From a virus: DNA of 64,000 nucleotides. Position 1 is the first letter of the stretch, and every line of letters starts with the position of its first letter. The stretch covers positions 1 through 64,000 of the IMG/VR virus record IMGVR_UViG_3300043773_002546, one strand, 5' to 3'. A program made the translations under genes and the position numbers. A model generated the notes under the pieces. The model saw only the letters and a program-made list of their open reading frames with translations. It was not told the origin of the DNA and made no database searches. This document shows positions 10,052-19,484 of this stretch, in pieces.

Positions 10052-12689
10052 GGGGCTTCCTACCTCGCTAGTTCGCCGCCATAACCACATGAACGCCCTG
10101 GCGGCATTGGGCGTGGCGCCGGAAAAACCTACGTTTCCGGCGGTGGTGGGATGTCCATTATGCCATGCTGAGACGCTATACCTGTTCGACGATCTGGGGA
10201 CCGACGGCATCTGGATGCACTGCGAAAACTGCCGTGCCCATGGAGATATCATAACCTTTGGCGCGCAAATCTGGAACACAAGCCTGGCCAGCGCTTTAAC
10301 GCGTTTTGCCGAGCTTGGCGCCATCGTCCGCAACGAGGGCGAGCGGGCTGCCGGAGAGTATTCCAGGGCGCTAAACCGCATGACAGCGGCCGAAACCTTT
10401 TGGGAAGAGACCCAAGGCCAGCTGTGGAACCACCATGATGATATTGTCGCCTGTCGGCTCCGCGAGCTGGGCCTAGATAAAGACCTAGCAGCTTGCCGCG
10501 GCCTCATTGGCGTAGCGCACCCGGACCAGATTGCCGCCTTCTGTAGCGAGATCGGGCGCGCTAGTCCCTCCCGCGCCCGTGAACACGGCCCCAGTCTCGT
10601 GTTGCCGTTCTACGACTTACCCGGCCGCATGACAGGCGCGCTGTTGGTGCAATACACAGAATCGTTTCAGTCGCGACGCACGTTCATCCCTCTGACAAAT
10701 TACAAACGCCGCAAGCCGGACGCCGGGTACTACTTTCTGCAAACAGCCCTTATGCCGGTGCCTAAAACCTTGCGCGACAGCTACTTTGTAGTAGACGACC
10801 CCTTCTGGGCGTTGAAAGCTCAAACAGCGCAACTGAAGTCCGGCGCGGGCCTTTTGCCCATAGCCGCCAGCTACCACGGCCCCGACGCCTTGAGTTACGG
10901 TAACACCTGGGCGTCTTTTCCCCATACACCGCGGTTTTTCCAGGGCGCCGTGTGCAGTCCCGAGCTTGTCTCCCAAGCCGCCGCCGCCCGGGGCTACGTC
11001 TGCGTCACGCCCCACGAGAGCATCGAGCGAGCTGCCACGCCGACGAGGACTATTCACCGCCTAGCCGAAATCCGCCGCGCTGCGCAGACCTGGCAACAGG
11101 CCCTGGAAGAGTTTTTTAGCGCCAGCAGTGAGCTAATGGCACAAGCTTTTGCTACTAAGCTGGCCGTACCACATGACAAATTGCACCTGTTCTTCAAAGC
11201 CCAAGAAAAAAAGTTCTCACCGGAATTCGCCGGACGGGTCATGGCTCGAGTAGCGGCGCCGCCGGTGGTCCCCACCAAGGTTCATCGCCGCTGGGTGGTT
11301 ATCGAGCGCGACGGCGGCTGGTGGAGTCACACTGGCACGCATGTCTGCAGCGCCCTGGTCCGCATTGAAAGAATTGTCCATGTTCGCGACGGCAACAAGT
11401 TCTACAGCGGCACAATCACGACGCCGGACGGTGAATTAACTTTCACCGACAGCGCCAAAAAGATCGAGAAGATGGGGCTACTGGCTTACGCCCAGCAGCA
11501 CGCCGCCGCGGAGGGCATTCTCCTTCGATACGATCCGGCCTGGAATGTGCGGTCGCATTTGATATCAATGACTCTTCACGAGCCTGAGCTGCTAACCGTC
11601 TCAGGAGCTCTGGGCTGGGACGACCAGTCGAGCCGTTTCTGCTTCTACGGCTACTCGCTGGCTAACGATGGCGCGGTGGTCCCCGACCCGGTGCCTGGCG
11701 TCCGCGCCAGCCGCCAAGGCGATTTTCCGCTGCCGGACATCGTAGCGCCCTTATCGCTGCGAAATCTACTGACCGTCTCCGAGGACAACGCTTTCCTGTG
11801 GGCCATGTTCGCCGCCACTGCCGCCGACCTGCTAGCGCCGGTTCTGGGCAAACCCGCGCCGATCGTGGCCTTGGATCCCGCCAGCTTCGAAGCCGCCCAA
11901 AAAATCGGCGCCGCTCTGGACTGCGGCTGGGACAAAATCCCGGCCCGTTCCTACCGGCACGTCATGGACAGCGTCGTGGCGTCGGTAAACACCGCGCCCT
12001 GGCCGGTGTTTGTGTCCCACGCCTACAACGACACCTTTTGCAGCCCGGCCGTGCCCCGTTGCATAGCCGGGCCTGGGTTCGTCCGCCTGGAACCGACCTG
12101 CGCCGCAGCCGCGCCAAGCTACGGGTGGCACCACTGTACGTTACGGCCGCCAGTACAACCGCCCGACGCCACGCCCCTGCGGTACGTCCTGCCGGTCTAC
12201 ATTCAGGCTGCCCTGCGGGGCCGGTTAACGTTTTTAACCGCTGCAGGCTCGCCCTGGCTGGCCGTCCTGGAACACCTGGCGGGGTGGCTTGATGAAACTT
12301 ACGGCGGCACGTTTAATATGGCCCTTGCCCGAAACCGGGTGATGCCGCCCAACCGCGCCCACGAGGCGTTGATGGGCGCTATCAACCAGGCCTTAGCTGG
12401 CGGGCATCTTGATATACTTCCACGACCACGCCGAAAAGATCAACCTAAAAATTACTTGCTGCGAAATAAACAGCACTGGTGGTTGAATCAACACGCCATA
12501 GATCGCTATTTTTATAGCGTCGGAAAACTCGCGCCAAATTGGCTGGCGGTCCAAGAATTACTCGAAACGAATCGCCTGTTCTGCGGAACAAACACAGTAC
12601 ACAACATGCCTGGAATTCTCGTTCATCGTGAATGGGGCGATCGTTTCTGGAGTGATTACCGGCCTGATCAGGCCAAAGACTTGGGTTAG
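10050..12689 (+). CDS. Primase-like protein with N-terminal CHC2-type zinc finger; catalytic TOPRIM motifs look degenerate
   Basis: CPLCH...WMHCENCRAHGDIITF...SLASALTRF; GAGGA SD 9 nt upstream. Confidence 0.6.
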   Translation: MGLPTSLVRRHNHMNALAALGVAPEKPTFPAVVGCPLCHAETLYLFDDLGTDGIWMHCENCRAHGDIITFGAQIWNTSLASALTRFAELGAIVRNEGERAAGEYSRALNRMTAAETFWEETQGQLWNHHDDIVACRLRELGLDKDLAACRGLIGVAHPDQIAAFCSEIGRASPSRAREHGPSLVLPFYDLPGRMTGALLVQYTESFQSRRTFIPLTNYKRRKPDAGYYFLQTALMPVPKTLRDSYFVVDDPFWALKAQTAQLKSGAGLLPIAASYHGPDALSYGNTWASFPHTPRFFQGAVCSPELVSQAAAARGYVCVTPHESIERAATPTRTIHRLAEIRRAAQTWQQALEEFFSASSELMAQAFATKLAVPHDKLHLFFKAQEKKFSPEFAGRVMARVAAPPVVPTKVHRRWVVIERDGGWWSHTGTHVCSALVRIERIVHVRDGNKFYSGTITTPDGELTFTDSAKKIEKMGLLAYAQQHAAAEGILLRYDPAWNVRSHLISMTLHEPELLTVSGALGWDDQSSRFCFYGYSLANDGAVVPDPVPGVRASRQGDFPLPDIVAPLSLRNLLTVSEDNAFLWAMFAATAADLLAPVLGKPAPIVALDPASFEAAQKIGAALDCGWDKIPARSYRHVMDSVVASVNTAPWPVFVSHAYNDTFCSPAVPRCIAGPGFVRLEPTCAAAAPSYGWHHCTLRPPVQPPDATPLRYVLPVYIQAALRGRLTFLTAAGSPWLAVLEHLAGWLDETYGGTFNMALARNRVMPPNRAHEALMGAINQALAGGHLDILPRPRRKDQPKNYLLRNKQHWWLNQHAIDRYFYSVGKLAPNWLAVQELLETNRLFCGTNTVHNMPGILVHREWGDRFWSDYRPDQAKDLG
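11555..11572. repeat. Dispersed palindrome copy (gcatttgatatcaatgac)
   Basis: TTGATATCAATGA; read as L-I-S-M in the CDS. Confidence 0.75.
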
Positions 12690-12695
12690 ACAATT

Positions 12696-13037
12696 ATGGC
12701 GCCAATGTGGTTTGAATCTCCGGACGACGACGTTCGCGTCCGACGGCACGACGACGGCCTGGACGGCGACTTCATCGAGGAAGAGTGGCAATTTGTCCAC
12801 GACGACGATGACGACGATGAAGACGAGGACGACGACCTCCTCTTAACGCCCAGGCCAACGTTCTACATCGACGAGGAAGAAGACGACGACGACTCCATCG
12901 ATTGGGCCGACGACGACAAGGCGTGGAGCGAAGACGACGACGAAGAAGAAGATGACGAGGACGACGAAGACCTCGATGAATGGTTCTCCGAAGAAGAGGA
13001 GGACGACGACGAATACGCCGACGAAAACGAGGAATAA
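12696..13037 (+). CDS. Extremely acidic small protein (about 63 D/E of 113 aa)
   Basis: Hand count of the translation; acidic runs are interrupted by W/F/Y. Confidence 0.75.
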   Translation: MAPMWFESPDDDVRVRRHDDGLDGDFIEEEWQFVHDDDDDDEDEDDDLLLTPRPTFYIDEEEDDDDSIDWADDDKAWSEDDDEEEDDEDDEDLDEWFSEEEEDDDEYADENEE

Positions 13038-13039
13038 AC

Positions 13040-13492
13040 ATCCAAACTTTTTTGCCGTACGCCAAATTTAACAAATGCGCGTACTGCTTGGATAAGAAAA
13101 GGCTTTTTAAACAAGCCGTCGAAAGCAAGCAGTTGCTATTAGCGCTCGGCGTATCTGTCGGCGCCCACAAGCCAACCAAATCTAGAGCTTGGCAAAATCA
13201 CCCCGCGGCCCGCATGTGGCGCGGACACGAGCTGGCCCTGGCGATCTACTCGGCGCACATCGCGCGGGAATGCCTGCGCCGCAAGATAAAGACCAAGTTG
13301 CTCAACGAGTTTCTGGACGTCGTGCGGCGGCTGCGCAAACAAGGCCAGCCAGCGCGGTATCCGCCATGGATGCGCGACTGGTCGATCATGACCAGCCACC
13401 GAAGCAATTTGCTGCGCAAAGACAAAGACTGGTACAGTCGGTTCGGTTGGCTGGTCAAACCCGATCTTCCTTATAAGTGGCCCATACCATGA
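13040..13492 (+). CDS. Pyrimidine-dimer DNA glycosylase/endonuclease V-like (MSMEG_6728-type) protein
   Basis: QTFLPY, LDKKRLFKQAVE, NHPAARMWRG, PPWM, SHRSNLLRKD, DLPYKWP; apparent ATC start. Confidence 0.8.
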   Translation: MQTFLPYAKFNKCAYCLDKKRLFKQAVESKQLLLALGVSVGAHKPTKSRAWQNHPAARMWRGHELALAIYSAHIARECLRRKIKTKLLNEFLDVVRRLRKQGQPARYPPWMRDWSIMTSHRSNLLRKDKDWYSRFGWLVKPDLPYKWPIP

Positions 13493-14007
13493 GCTGGTTT
13501 GTAGTTGACGTAGAAAGTGACGGGCCAATCCCGCCAGAGTTCAGCATGATCTGTTTCGGCGCTGTGCTTGTAGAGCCCGGCCTAAACCGAACTTTCTACG
13601 GCGAGGTGGCGCCGATCTCCGCGCGCACAAACCTAGCCGCAGCCGCGATTAGCGGCATCTGCCGCGCGCAGCACGAGACGTTTGAAGACCCGGCCGTGGT
13701 CATGGCCCGGTTTGCTGAATGGGTGCAGGCAAACACTAAGGGGCGCCCCGTGCTGCTCTCGGATAATCCGGCGTTTGATTGGCAGTGGATTAACTACTAC
13801 TTCCACAAATATCTAGACAAGAATCCGTTCGGCTATTCGGCGCGACGCATCGGCGACCTGTACTGCGGCCTGACCAAAAACGCCTACGCCCAGTGGAAAC
13901 ACTTGCGCAAAACTAAGCACGACCACAATCCAGTTAACGACGCCAAGGGTAACGCCGAAGCGCTGCTAGCTATGCGCGACATGGGATTGCAGGTGACATT
14001 TCAATGA
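13489..14007 (+). CDS. DEDD 3'-5' exonuclease/exoribonuclease
   Basis: VVDVESDG, SDNPAFDWQWI, HNPVNDAKG. Confidence 0.85.
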   Translation: MSWFVVDVESDGPIPPEFSMICFGAVLVEPGLNRTFYGEVAPISARTNLAAAAISGICRAQHETFEDPAVVMARFAEWVQANTKGRPVLLSDNPAFDWQWINYYFHKYLDKNPFGYSARRIGDLYCGLTKNAYAQWKHLRKTKHDHNPVNDAKGNAEALLAMRDMGLQVTFQ

Positions 14008-14327
14008 ATACTGTAACGCACGATGAGTACCAGGTCTCAGCCCGTGTAGTGCTGCGCAAAGGCGACGTTTTCCGCGCAAACGGCGGGCCGTATTACGTTA
14101 TGCAAGACGAGAACGGCAAAAGAGTAAAATCGTCTATGGCGGCCAAAGGGCCCTTTCGGTTTCGCGCCTATTGCGAGCGCGGGCGCAAGAAATGGATCGA
14201 AGCGACCAGTATCAAAGAGGGCGGGTTCGTGATACTACCGCTGACGAAGTGGCGCACGATCGATCTGACCAACTTTGTGAATCGTCCATACAAAATTCTT
14301 GGCAAGAAACGGGAGAAAAAGCGATGA
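14004..14327 (+). CDS. Hypothetical protein
   Basis: ATGA-coupled ORF. Confidence 0.65.
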   Translation: MNTVTHDEYQVSARVVLRKGDVFRANGGPYYVMQDENGKRVKSSMAAKGPFRFRAYCERGRKKWIEATSIKEGGFVILPLTKWRTIDLTNFVNRPYKILGKKREKKR

Positions 14328-14488
14328 GCCGCACCCGCAAGCGTCCATACACCAAGTCCAAGCGTTTCGATACGAGCTGCCGTTGCCATGGCAGCTGCAG
14401 CTATTGCCGTAACAACCGCCTGCATACGGAACGCAATCGCAAGGTTGTCGCCGAAGAACAGCTTCGCGAGTACACGCTCGACAGTTGA
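14324..14488 (+). CDS. Small basic Cys/His-rich phage protein
   Basis: SKRFDTSCRCHGSCSYCR; ATGA overlap. Confidence 0.65.
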   Translation: MSRTRKRPYTKSKRFDTSCRCHGSCSYCRNNRLHTERNRKVVAEEQLREYTLDS

Positions 14489-14508
14489 GCGGCGCACTGG
14501 AGGTTGTT

Positions 14509-14952
14509 ATGGAAATCTCGATCCGGCTCAAAGATATCAATGAGCTTGGCCTAATCGACGTCACGGCGATCATGACGCGGCTGTCTTGGTCAGACTCCGG
14601 CAGCGACAGCTCGATTCAGAAGGAACTCGACAAGCGTTACATCCACATCCGGCCCGGACCGCACCCCAATATGCGCCTGGCGCTGATCTGGCTGGACGAC
14701 ATTCTCGTCGGTTGGGTTGGCACCCGGCCGTGGCCTGAAAAGTTCAAAGGAAAGCCCATTACGGCGCAGACCGTGGAGTGCTTTATCGACCCCGAGTATC
14801 GCCGCCAGGGCTTCGCCCGACTCGGCCTGCAGGCGCTGATCAGTGCTGGCTTTCTCGACCGAGACAAGCCGGTGTCGGTCTACGCCCCCGAGGTTGTCGG
14901 CACGGCGCGCAGCTGCGGCTGCAAAACAGTTATTCTTTGCGAGAGCACCTAA
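14509..14952 (+). CDS. GNAT acetyltransferase
   Basis: Motif A FIDPEYRRQGFARL; GGAGG SD. Confidence 0.75.
   Translation: MEISIRLKDINELGLIDVTAIMTRLSWSDSGSDSSIQKELDKRYIHIRPGPHPNMRLALIWLDDILVGWVGTRPWPEKFKGKPITAQTVECFIDPEYRRQGFARLGLQALISAGFLDRDKPVSVYAPEVVGTARSCGCKTVILCEST
14527..14544. repeat. Dispersed palindrome copy (ctcaaagatatcaatgag)
   Basis: 16/18 match to the consensus. Confidence 0.75.
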
Positions 14953-15188
14953 TGAAACGCTACCACGAAGAAAAGCACATCAGCGAACATCGCGTAAAGA
15001 TATACAAGCAGCTGGGCGGTTATATGGACCCAGAGGACGCGCAGTACGTCCCAAACACGGGCAAGTTTCGTAAAACGCTGCGCTGCTCCGGCTGTGGGCG
15101 AGCGCGCTGTCAACTCTGCCACCCCGAAAAATACCCCAAGCGCATTCCGACCCGACAGGAGCGGCAGGACTATTGCGACGACGAATGA
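14952..15188 (+). CDS. Small Cys-rich hypothetical protein
   Basis: CSGCGRARCQLCHP; TAATG coupling. Confidence 0.6.
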   Translation: MKRYHEEKHISEHRVKIYKQLGGYMDPEDAQYVPNTGKFRKTLRCSGCGRARCQLCHPEKYPKRIPTRQERQDYCDDE

Positions 15189-15601
15189 CAGTTGAAACGG
15201 ACAACACGTTTGAGCAATGCAAGCGCGAAAACATCGACAACCTGAATTTCCAACGGATTATCACGGCTATTCGCGCGACCAGTTTCGGCTGGGGCGGGGC
15301 CAACGCTGACAAGCCCGCCGACTGGTTTTTGCAGCGTTGCATCGCGTTTGCCGTTGACGTCATGGACAGCGCGTACAACCACGCGCTAGAGTGCAACGAG
15401 GAATCGTTTTGCGAGTGCGGCGGCTTTCGCGCTATCGCCCGGCCTAATGGCGTTGTGATGCTGCAGTTCGTGATTGATTCGTGGTGGCCCGAAGCCTGGG
15501 AAGAAGACGACGGCCCCGGCCTGGCGCAACAGACGACCCACGCCGACGGCCCGTTTATCGTGGGCCCGCGGCGTATTCTTAAACTTCACAAGGAGCAGTA
15601 A
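15185..15601 (+). CDS. Hypothetical protein
   Basis: Coupled ORF. Confidence 0.6.
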   Translation: MTVETDNTFEQCKRENIDNLNFQRIITAIRATSFGWGGANADKPADWFLQRCIAFAVDVMDSAYNHALECNEESFCECGGFRAIARPNGVVMLQFVIDSWWPEAWEEDDGPGLAQQTTHADGPFIVGPRRILKLHKEQ

Positions 15602-16350
15602 TGGGTTCGTGTTTCAACGAACAGGTCTGGGAAGGCACCCTGACCGACACACAAGTAGCCGAAGAATATCGAAAGTATGTTGAGCGGTGCGAAATTGAAT
15701 ACGGCACTGATGCCTATAACGGGACCTTTAGCACGTTGCCGAACATCCAAATCGAGAAAAGGGTGTTTAATAACCACGAAGAAGCCCGCGTTCACGTCAT
15801 GAACAATACCCGCAAATGGGAAAACGCCCTGGCGGTGAAGTACAAGGACGTGCGCAAGGAAAACACCAAAGAGCCCACGTTCGGCGGCAAAACCTGGAAA
15901 GAGAAGACGCGCTACCACGTCGTCTTGGGCGGCAACACGGAGCTCGATCAGCCCCGCGACGTGCACAACTGCCGTGCTGTGATGACTGATTTTGACCGCG
16001 ACACCCGCGCGACCACCGTGCTAATAGCAGACCAGCTGACTGGCGCGCAGAAGGCCAAGCTGGTCAAGCTATATAACGAATGGTCGGCCCGTAGCGCCGC
16101 GCACCAAAAAATCGCTACCGACCTGGTCGCCCTGTGCGAACGCATCAGGCAAGTGCGCGAGACAGTCGAGCCCGCGGACTTCGCGCAGCTCAAGAAACTC
16201 TACACCCAGCGAAAGAAAGCCTGGGCGGCCTTGGGCAAAGCCTCTGTCAAGCTTCGCGATTTGGATCTGAAACTCAGCGCCAGGCTGTACAAAACCGAAG
16301 AGGTCGATCACGGCCTCAAGTGGTTTGTCGGCGGCTGGTGCGCAGAATAA
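15601..16350 (+). CDS. Hypothetical phage protein
   Basis: 249 aa; ends KWFVGGWCAE. Confidence 0.7.
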   Translation: MGSCFNEQVWEGTLTDTQVAEEYRKYVERCEIEYGTDAYNGTFSTLPNIQIEKRVFNNHEEARVHVMNNTRKWENALAVKYKDVRKENTKEPTFGGKTWKEKTRYHVVLGGNTELDQPRDVHNCRAVMTDFDRDTRATTVLIADQLTGAQKAKLVKLYNEWSARSAAHQKIATDLVALCERIRQVRETVEPADFAQLKKLYTQRKKAWAALGKASVKLRDLDLKLSARLYKTEEVDHGLKWFVGGWCAE

Positions 16351-16358
16351 GGAAAAGT

Positions 16359-16688
16359 ATGGGAGACCCTGTCCCTTTTGCGCTGCGAGTTGCTAACAGT
16401 AACCCGCGCAGCCTGTTTTCTCAATTCGAGATTGTTAGCGTAATCGAGTGTGAGCATCCGCGCTTTGACGGGCCATATATCGAGACTGTCAACGATCTCG
16501 AGGAACTAGCAGAGCATCCGTACGCGCACAGCCCGCCGTTTTATATTTTGTACGGCCGATACGCTGATGCCGTGCACCCGGAGTACGGCGCCGCGCGCGA
16601 GATCCGGCGTTTTGAGCATCTCAAAGACGCCAAAGAACTGTTGGTCGAGCTTAACGGCTCTATCGAAGAAGACCAAGACGATGAATAA
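16359..16688 (+). CDS. Hypothetical protein
   Basis: AAGGA SD. Confidence 0.6.
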   Translation: MGDPVPFALRVANSNPRSLFSQFEIVSVIECEHPRFDGPYIETVNDLEELAEHPYAHSPPFYILYGRYADAVHPEYGAAREIRRFEHLKDAKELLVELNGSIEEDQDDE

Positions 16689-16719
16689 CAAGTACGCCAT
16701 TTCAAACAAAGGAAAAAAC

Positions 16720-17034
16720 ATGAATCCTGCTCAAGACATTCTTGACCGCGGCACTGAGCTGGCCGTCGCCGTAACCCGCGAGACCACGCTGGAGAACGGT
16801 CGCCACGCCGTCAAGCTCGCCGCCATTGAACGCATCATGAAGAGCGGCGACAACCCGATGACCGGCAAGCCGCATAGCTTCTCGAGCGCCGAGGCCGCCG
16901 TGTCCCTGGACAGCCAGTACTCCAATTACCTGGATGACCTGGCGCAGGCGCAGCACGAGCGGATTATGGCCCGCGCACGCTACGACGCGGCGATTGCGGC
17001 CGCGCGGTTGGCGTGCGGAGAAATGGCGGTATGA
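16720..17034 (+). CDS. Hypothetical protein
   Basis: AAAGGA SD. Confidence 0.65.
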   Translation: MNPAQDILDRGTELAVAVTRETTLENGRHAVKLAAIERIMKSGDNPMTGKPHSFSSAEAAVSLDSQYSNYLDDLAQAQHERIMARARYDAAIAAARLACGEMAV

Positions 17035-17375
17035 CCGAAACCACACCAGAAACCGGAACGCTTGAGGCTGTAAAAGCCGCAATACGTAATTTCGAGGTCA
17101 CGCAGACCAAGTATCGTGATTACGGCGCACACGACACCGAGCCGGACTGTATTTTCCAGCACATTCTCTGGAAAGTGATCAACGACGAAGACACCAGTAT
17201 CCCTATGTCTGGCGCGGGCTGGGAACTGTACGCCAATAGCATGGACTGCGACGAAGCGGCCAACGCCCTGCACCTGGCGTGCCTGGGCGCCGTGCAGCAA
17301 CTCTTTGCCTGCCCGATAGCCGAGCGCAAAAAGCTGCGCGCTTATCTCAAAGACTATTGCTGGCGGTACAACTAA
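17031..17375 (+). CDS. Hypothetical protein
   Basis: ATGA overlap. Confidence 0.6.
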   Translation: MTETTPETGTLEAVKAAIRNFEVTQTKYRDYGAHDTEPDCIFQHILWKVINDEDTSIPMSGAGWELYANSMDCDEAANALHLACLGAVQQLFACPIAERKKLRAYLKDYCWRYN

Positions 17376-17378
17376 CCG

Positions 17379-17396
17379 GTCATTGATATCAAACCG
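17379..17396. repeat. Dispersed palindrome copy (gtcattgatatcaaaccg)
   Basis: Lies in the short gap between two convergent stop codons. Confidence 0.8.
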
Positions 17397-17410
17397 TTAA
17401 CGCCCGGCGA

Positions 17411-19342
17411 CTAGAAGAACCGGCCGCCGATACCGCCGCCCATGTCGTCGTCAATCCAGTTGTCAGGGTTCTGCGAATCGGCAAACTGCTGGCTCACTCG
17501 GCCCAGTCCGGCCAACTGCGCAAAGTTTGGCCAGGCCTGGTTGGTGTGCCACAACGCCGCGCAGCCGATATTCACCGCCTGCGCGAAGTCGTCGCTTAAC
17601 AGTACGTTGCGCTGGATCGTATAGATGTCGCTGCCGCTGCGCGAGTCGGCCTTGTTCTCGATGAGGGCAAGGAAATCGGAGATCAGGCCCGGGTTCTCCT
17701 GGCTCTCCCAGTCGTACTGGAAGAACCGCACCTGGATGAGCTTGATGGCTTGGCAAGTGTAAAGCAGGCTGCGTGTCTTATCGAGCGAGTAGTGCGCGCG
17801 GTGATTGATCTGTGTGGGCGGCTTGTAGACCATGAGATCTTGGCTGGCGCTGCGCACCAACCGCACGGCCATGACGCGGTCCAAATTAAACCCGGCCTGG
17901 ACCATAACCGTCTCGCGCACCGTCCCGGCGCCGGTGTAGTCATGCGCGACCAAGTCGCACTTAAACTTGTTGGCAATCCGCATGCACTCCTTGGCCTCCT
18001 GGAGGTGGTCGCCGCCGATAATCAAGCGCCGCGCCCACAGGCAGTCGATCGTGCCGTCCGGCCTAAACCCAAGCACCGCCGCCACGGTGAAGGAGATGCC
18101 CTCCTCGCCACCACCGCCCCAGTCGACCGCTAAGATGCGGTTTTTGTAATCGTGCAGATTCTTCAAACAAGCCGGGTCAGGTTCTTTCTTGTTCGCCCAC
18201 GGTAGGATCGCAGCGTTGCGGAGTTCGGTCTCTGACACAAGCTTCTGCCCGGCGTCGATACTTTCGCCCAGCACCTCGTTGTAGAACTGCGCCTGGGTCA
18301 TGTTGCCCCAGCCTTCGCGCTTGAGTAACAGCGTGTTCCACTTTTCAGGGTCGCCGTAGTGCAGCGGCAACAAGAGCTGCGGCACGTGATATCCGGCAAA
18401 CTGCCAGCGGCGGTCGGGGTGGCGGTGGACCCAACGGCCCAGGCGCGGGTTAACTGGCTTTTGGCATTTTGCGCAAACCGTGCCGGGAGACGCTTCGGAA
18501 ATGTCGTCTCGATACGGCCCGATCATCGCGTCAAGGTCGTGCTCGCGGGAAGGAATGTTCCAATGTTTACATCCAGGCGTCTGACACGGAATAAACCATT
18601 CTGCGGATGAACTACGGCGATACAATCCTTCGAGGGGGTTGTCCAAACTTTTAGGGGTCCCCGTGAAATGGCTCATCGCAAAGCGCGAGTAAGACATGGT
18701 TTCCTGAATGATTGGAATAAACTCCGGATCCATGTCTTGCACCTCGTCGATGCACATCCGGTCGGCGCTTACACCTCGGACCCGGTCTGCGTCGAGCATT
18801 GCAAAGCTAAAGAGCATCATGCTCTTGTTTTTAAAGCTGCGTTGCAGCACGTTGTTCTCAGTGTCAGTGCCAGACCACTGCGATTTCACCGGCGACTGCT
18901 CAATGAAGCTTCGCACGTAGTTGTTACTGAAACGACGAATCTGTTCAAACAACGGCGTTACATACAGCGTCTTAAAAAACGGGAGGCTGTTTGCTACCAC
19001 CACGCCGTGAGCCGCCAACGACGTGGACTTGCTCAACTGGCGGCCCGTTTTCCACACCTGGTTCTTCGGCATTAACACGCGGAAGAGGGGCGAAAATGGA
19101 AAATGGTCGTGAATACCATACGGCCTGCCATTCAGCCGCAACACCAGCGGCAGAATGGGTTCAAGAGACGGAAACGCCTTCTGCTCGGCCAGAGCCTTCA
19201 ACAAAACAACTTTGGCTTCGGCTGAGTGCTGGTCTTTTACGTCGATCGTCGATAATTCTTCCAGCAGCGCGCGAACGCCAACGTGAGCTTCCGCGGCTGC
19301 TAATTCCTGCAGGCTCCCACCCTGCTCTATTGTTGAGGGCAT
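17411..19342 (-). CDS. terL: Terminase large subunit (GpA-like)
   Basis: KTGRQLSKST (Walker A-like), RGVSADRMCIDEVQD (Walker B), FTGTPKS, EWFIPC..C, FYNEVLGE, LAVDWG nuclease motif. Confidence 0.88.
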   Translation of the reverse strand: MPSTIEQGGSLQELAAAEAHVGVRALLEELSTIDVKDQHSAEAKVVLLKALAEQKAFPSLEPILPLVLRLNGRPYGIHDHFPFSPLFRVLMPKNQVWKTGRQLSKSTSLAAHGVVVANSLPFFKTLYVTPLFEQIRRFSNNYVRSFIEQSPVKSQWSGTDTENNVLQRSFKNKSMMLFSFAMLDADRVRGVSADRMCIDEVQDMDPEFIPIIQETMSYSRFAMSHFTGTPKSLDNPLEGLYRRSSSAEWFIPCQTPGCKHWNIPSREHDLDAMIGPYRDDISEASPGTVCAKCQKPVNPRLGRWVHRHPDRRWQFAGYHVPQLLLPLHYGDPEKWNTLLLKREGWGNMTQAQFYNEVLGESIDAGQKLVSETELRNAAILPWANKKEPDPACLKNLHDYKNRILAVDWGGGGEEGISFTVAAVLGFRPDGTIDCLWARRLIIGGDHLQEAKECMRIANKFKCDLVAHDYTGAGTVRETVMVQAGFNLDRVMAVRLVRSASQDLMVYKPPTQINHRAHYSLDKTRSLLYTCQAIKLIQVRFFQYDWESQENPGLISDFLALIENKADSRSGSDIYTIQRNVLLSDDFAQAVNIGCAALWHTNQAWPNFAQLAGLGRVSQQFADSQNPDNWIDDDMGGGIGGRFF

Positions 19343-19346
19343 ATCT

Positions 19347-19484
19347 ATGTCTCGCTATCGTCGAGATCAAAAAGACGAACCAGAGCTGCAATGGCTGGAG
19401 GACGGGATTAACATCCTAATCAACTCCTTTTGCCTAAGCGTTTCTATGTTCGTCAAAGGCGTGCGCGCCATGTTTCGTGGCTGA
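19347..19484 (+). CDS. Small hypothetical protein (45 aa)
   Basis: Translated by hand; GAGGG SD 7 nt upstream. Confidence 0.45.
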   Translation: MSRYRRDQKDEPELQWLEDGINILINSFCLSVSMFVKGVRAMFRG

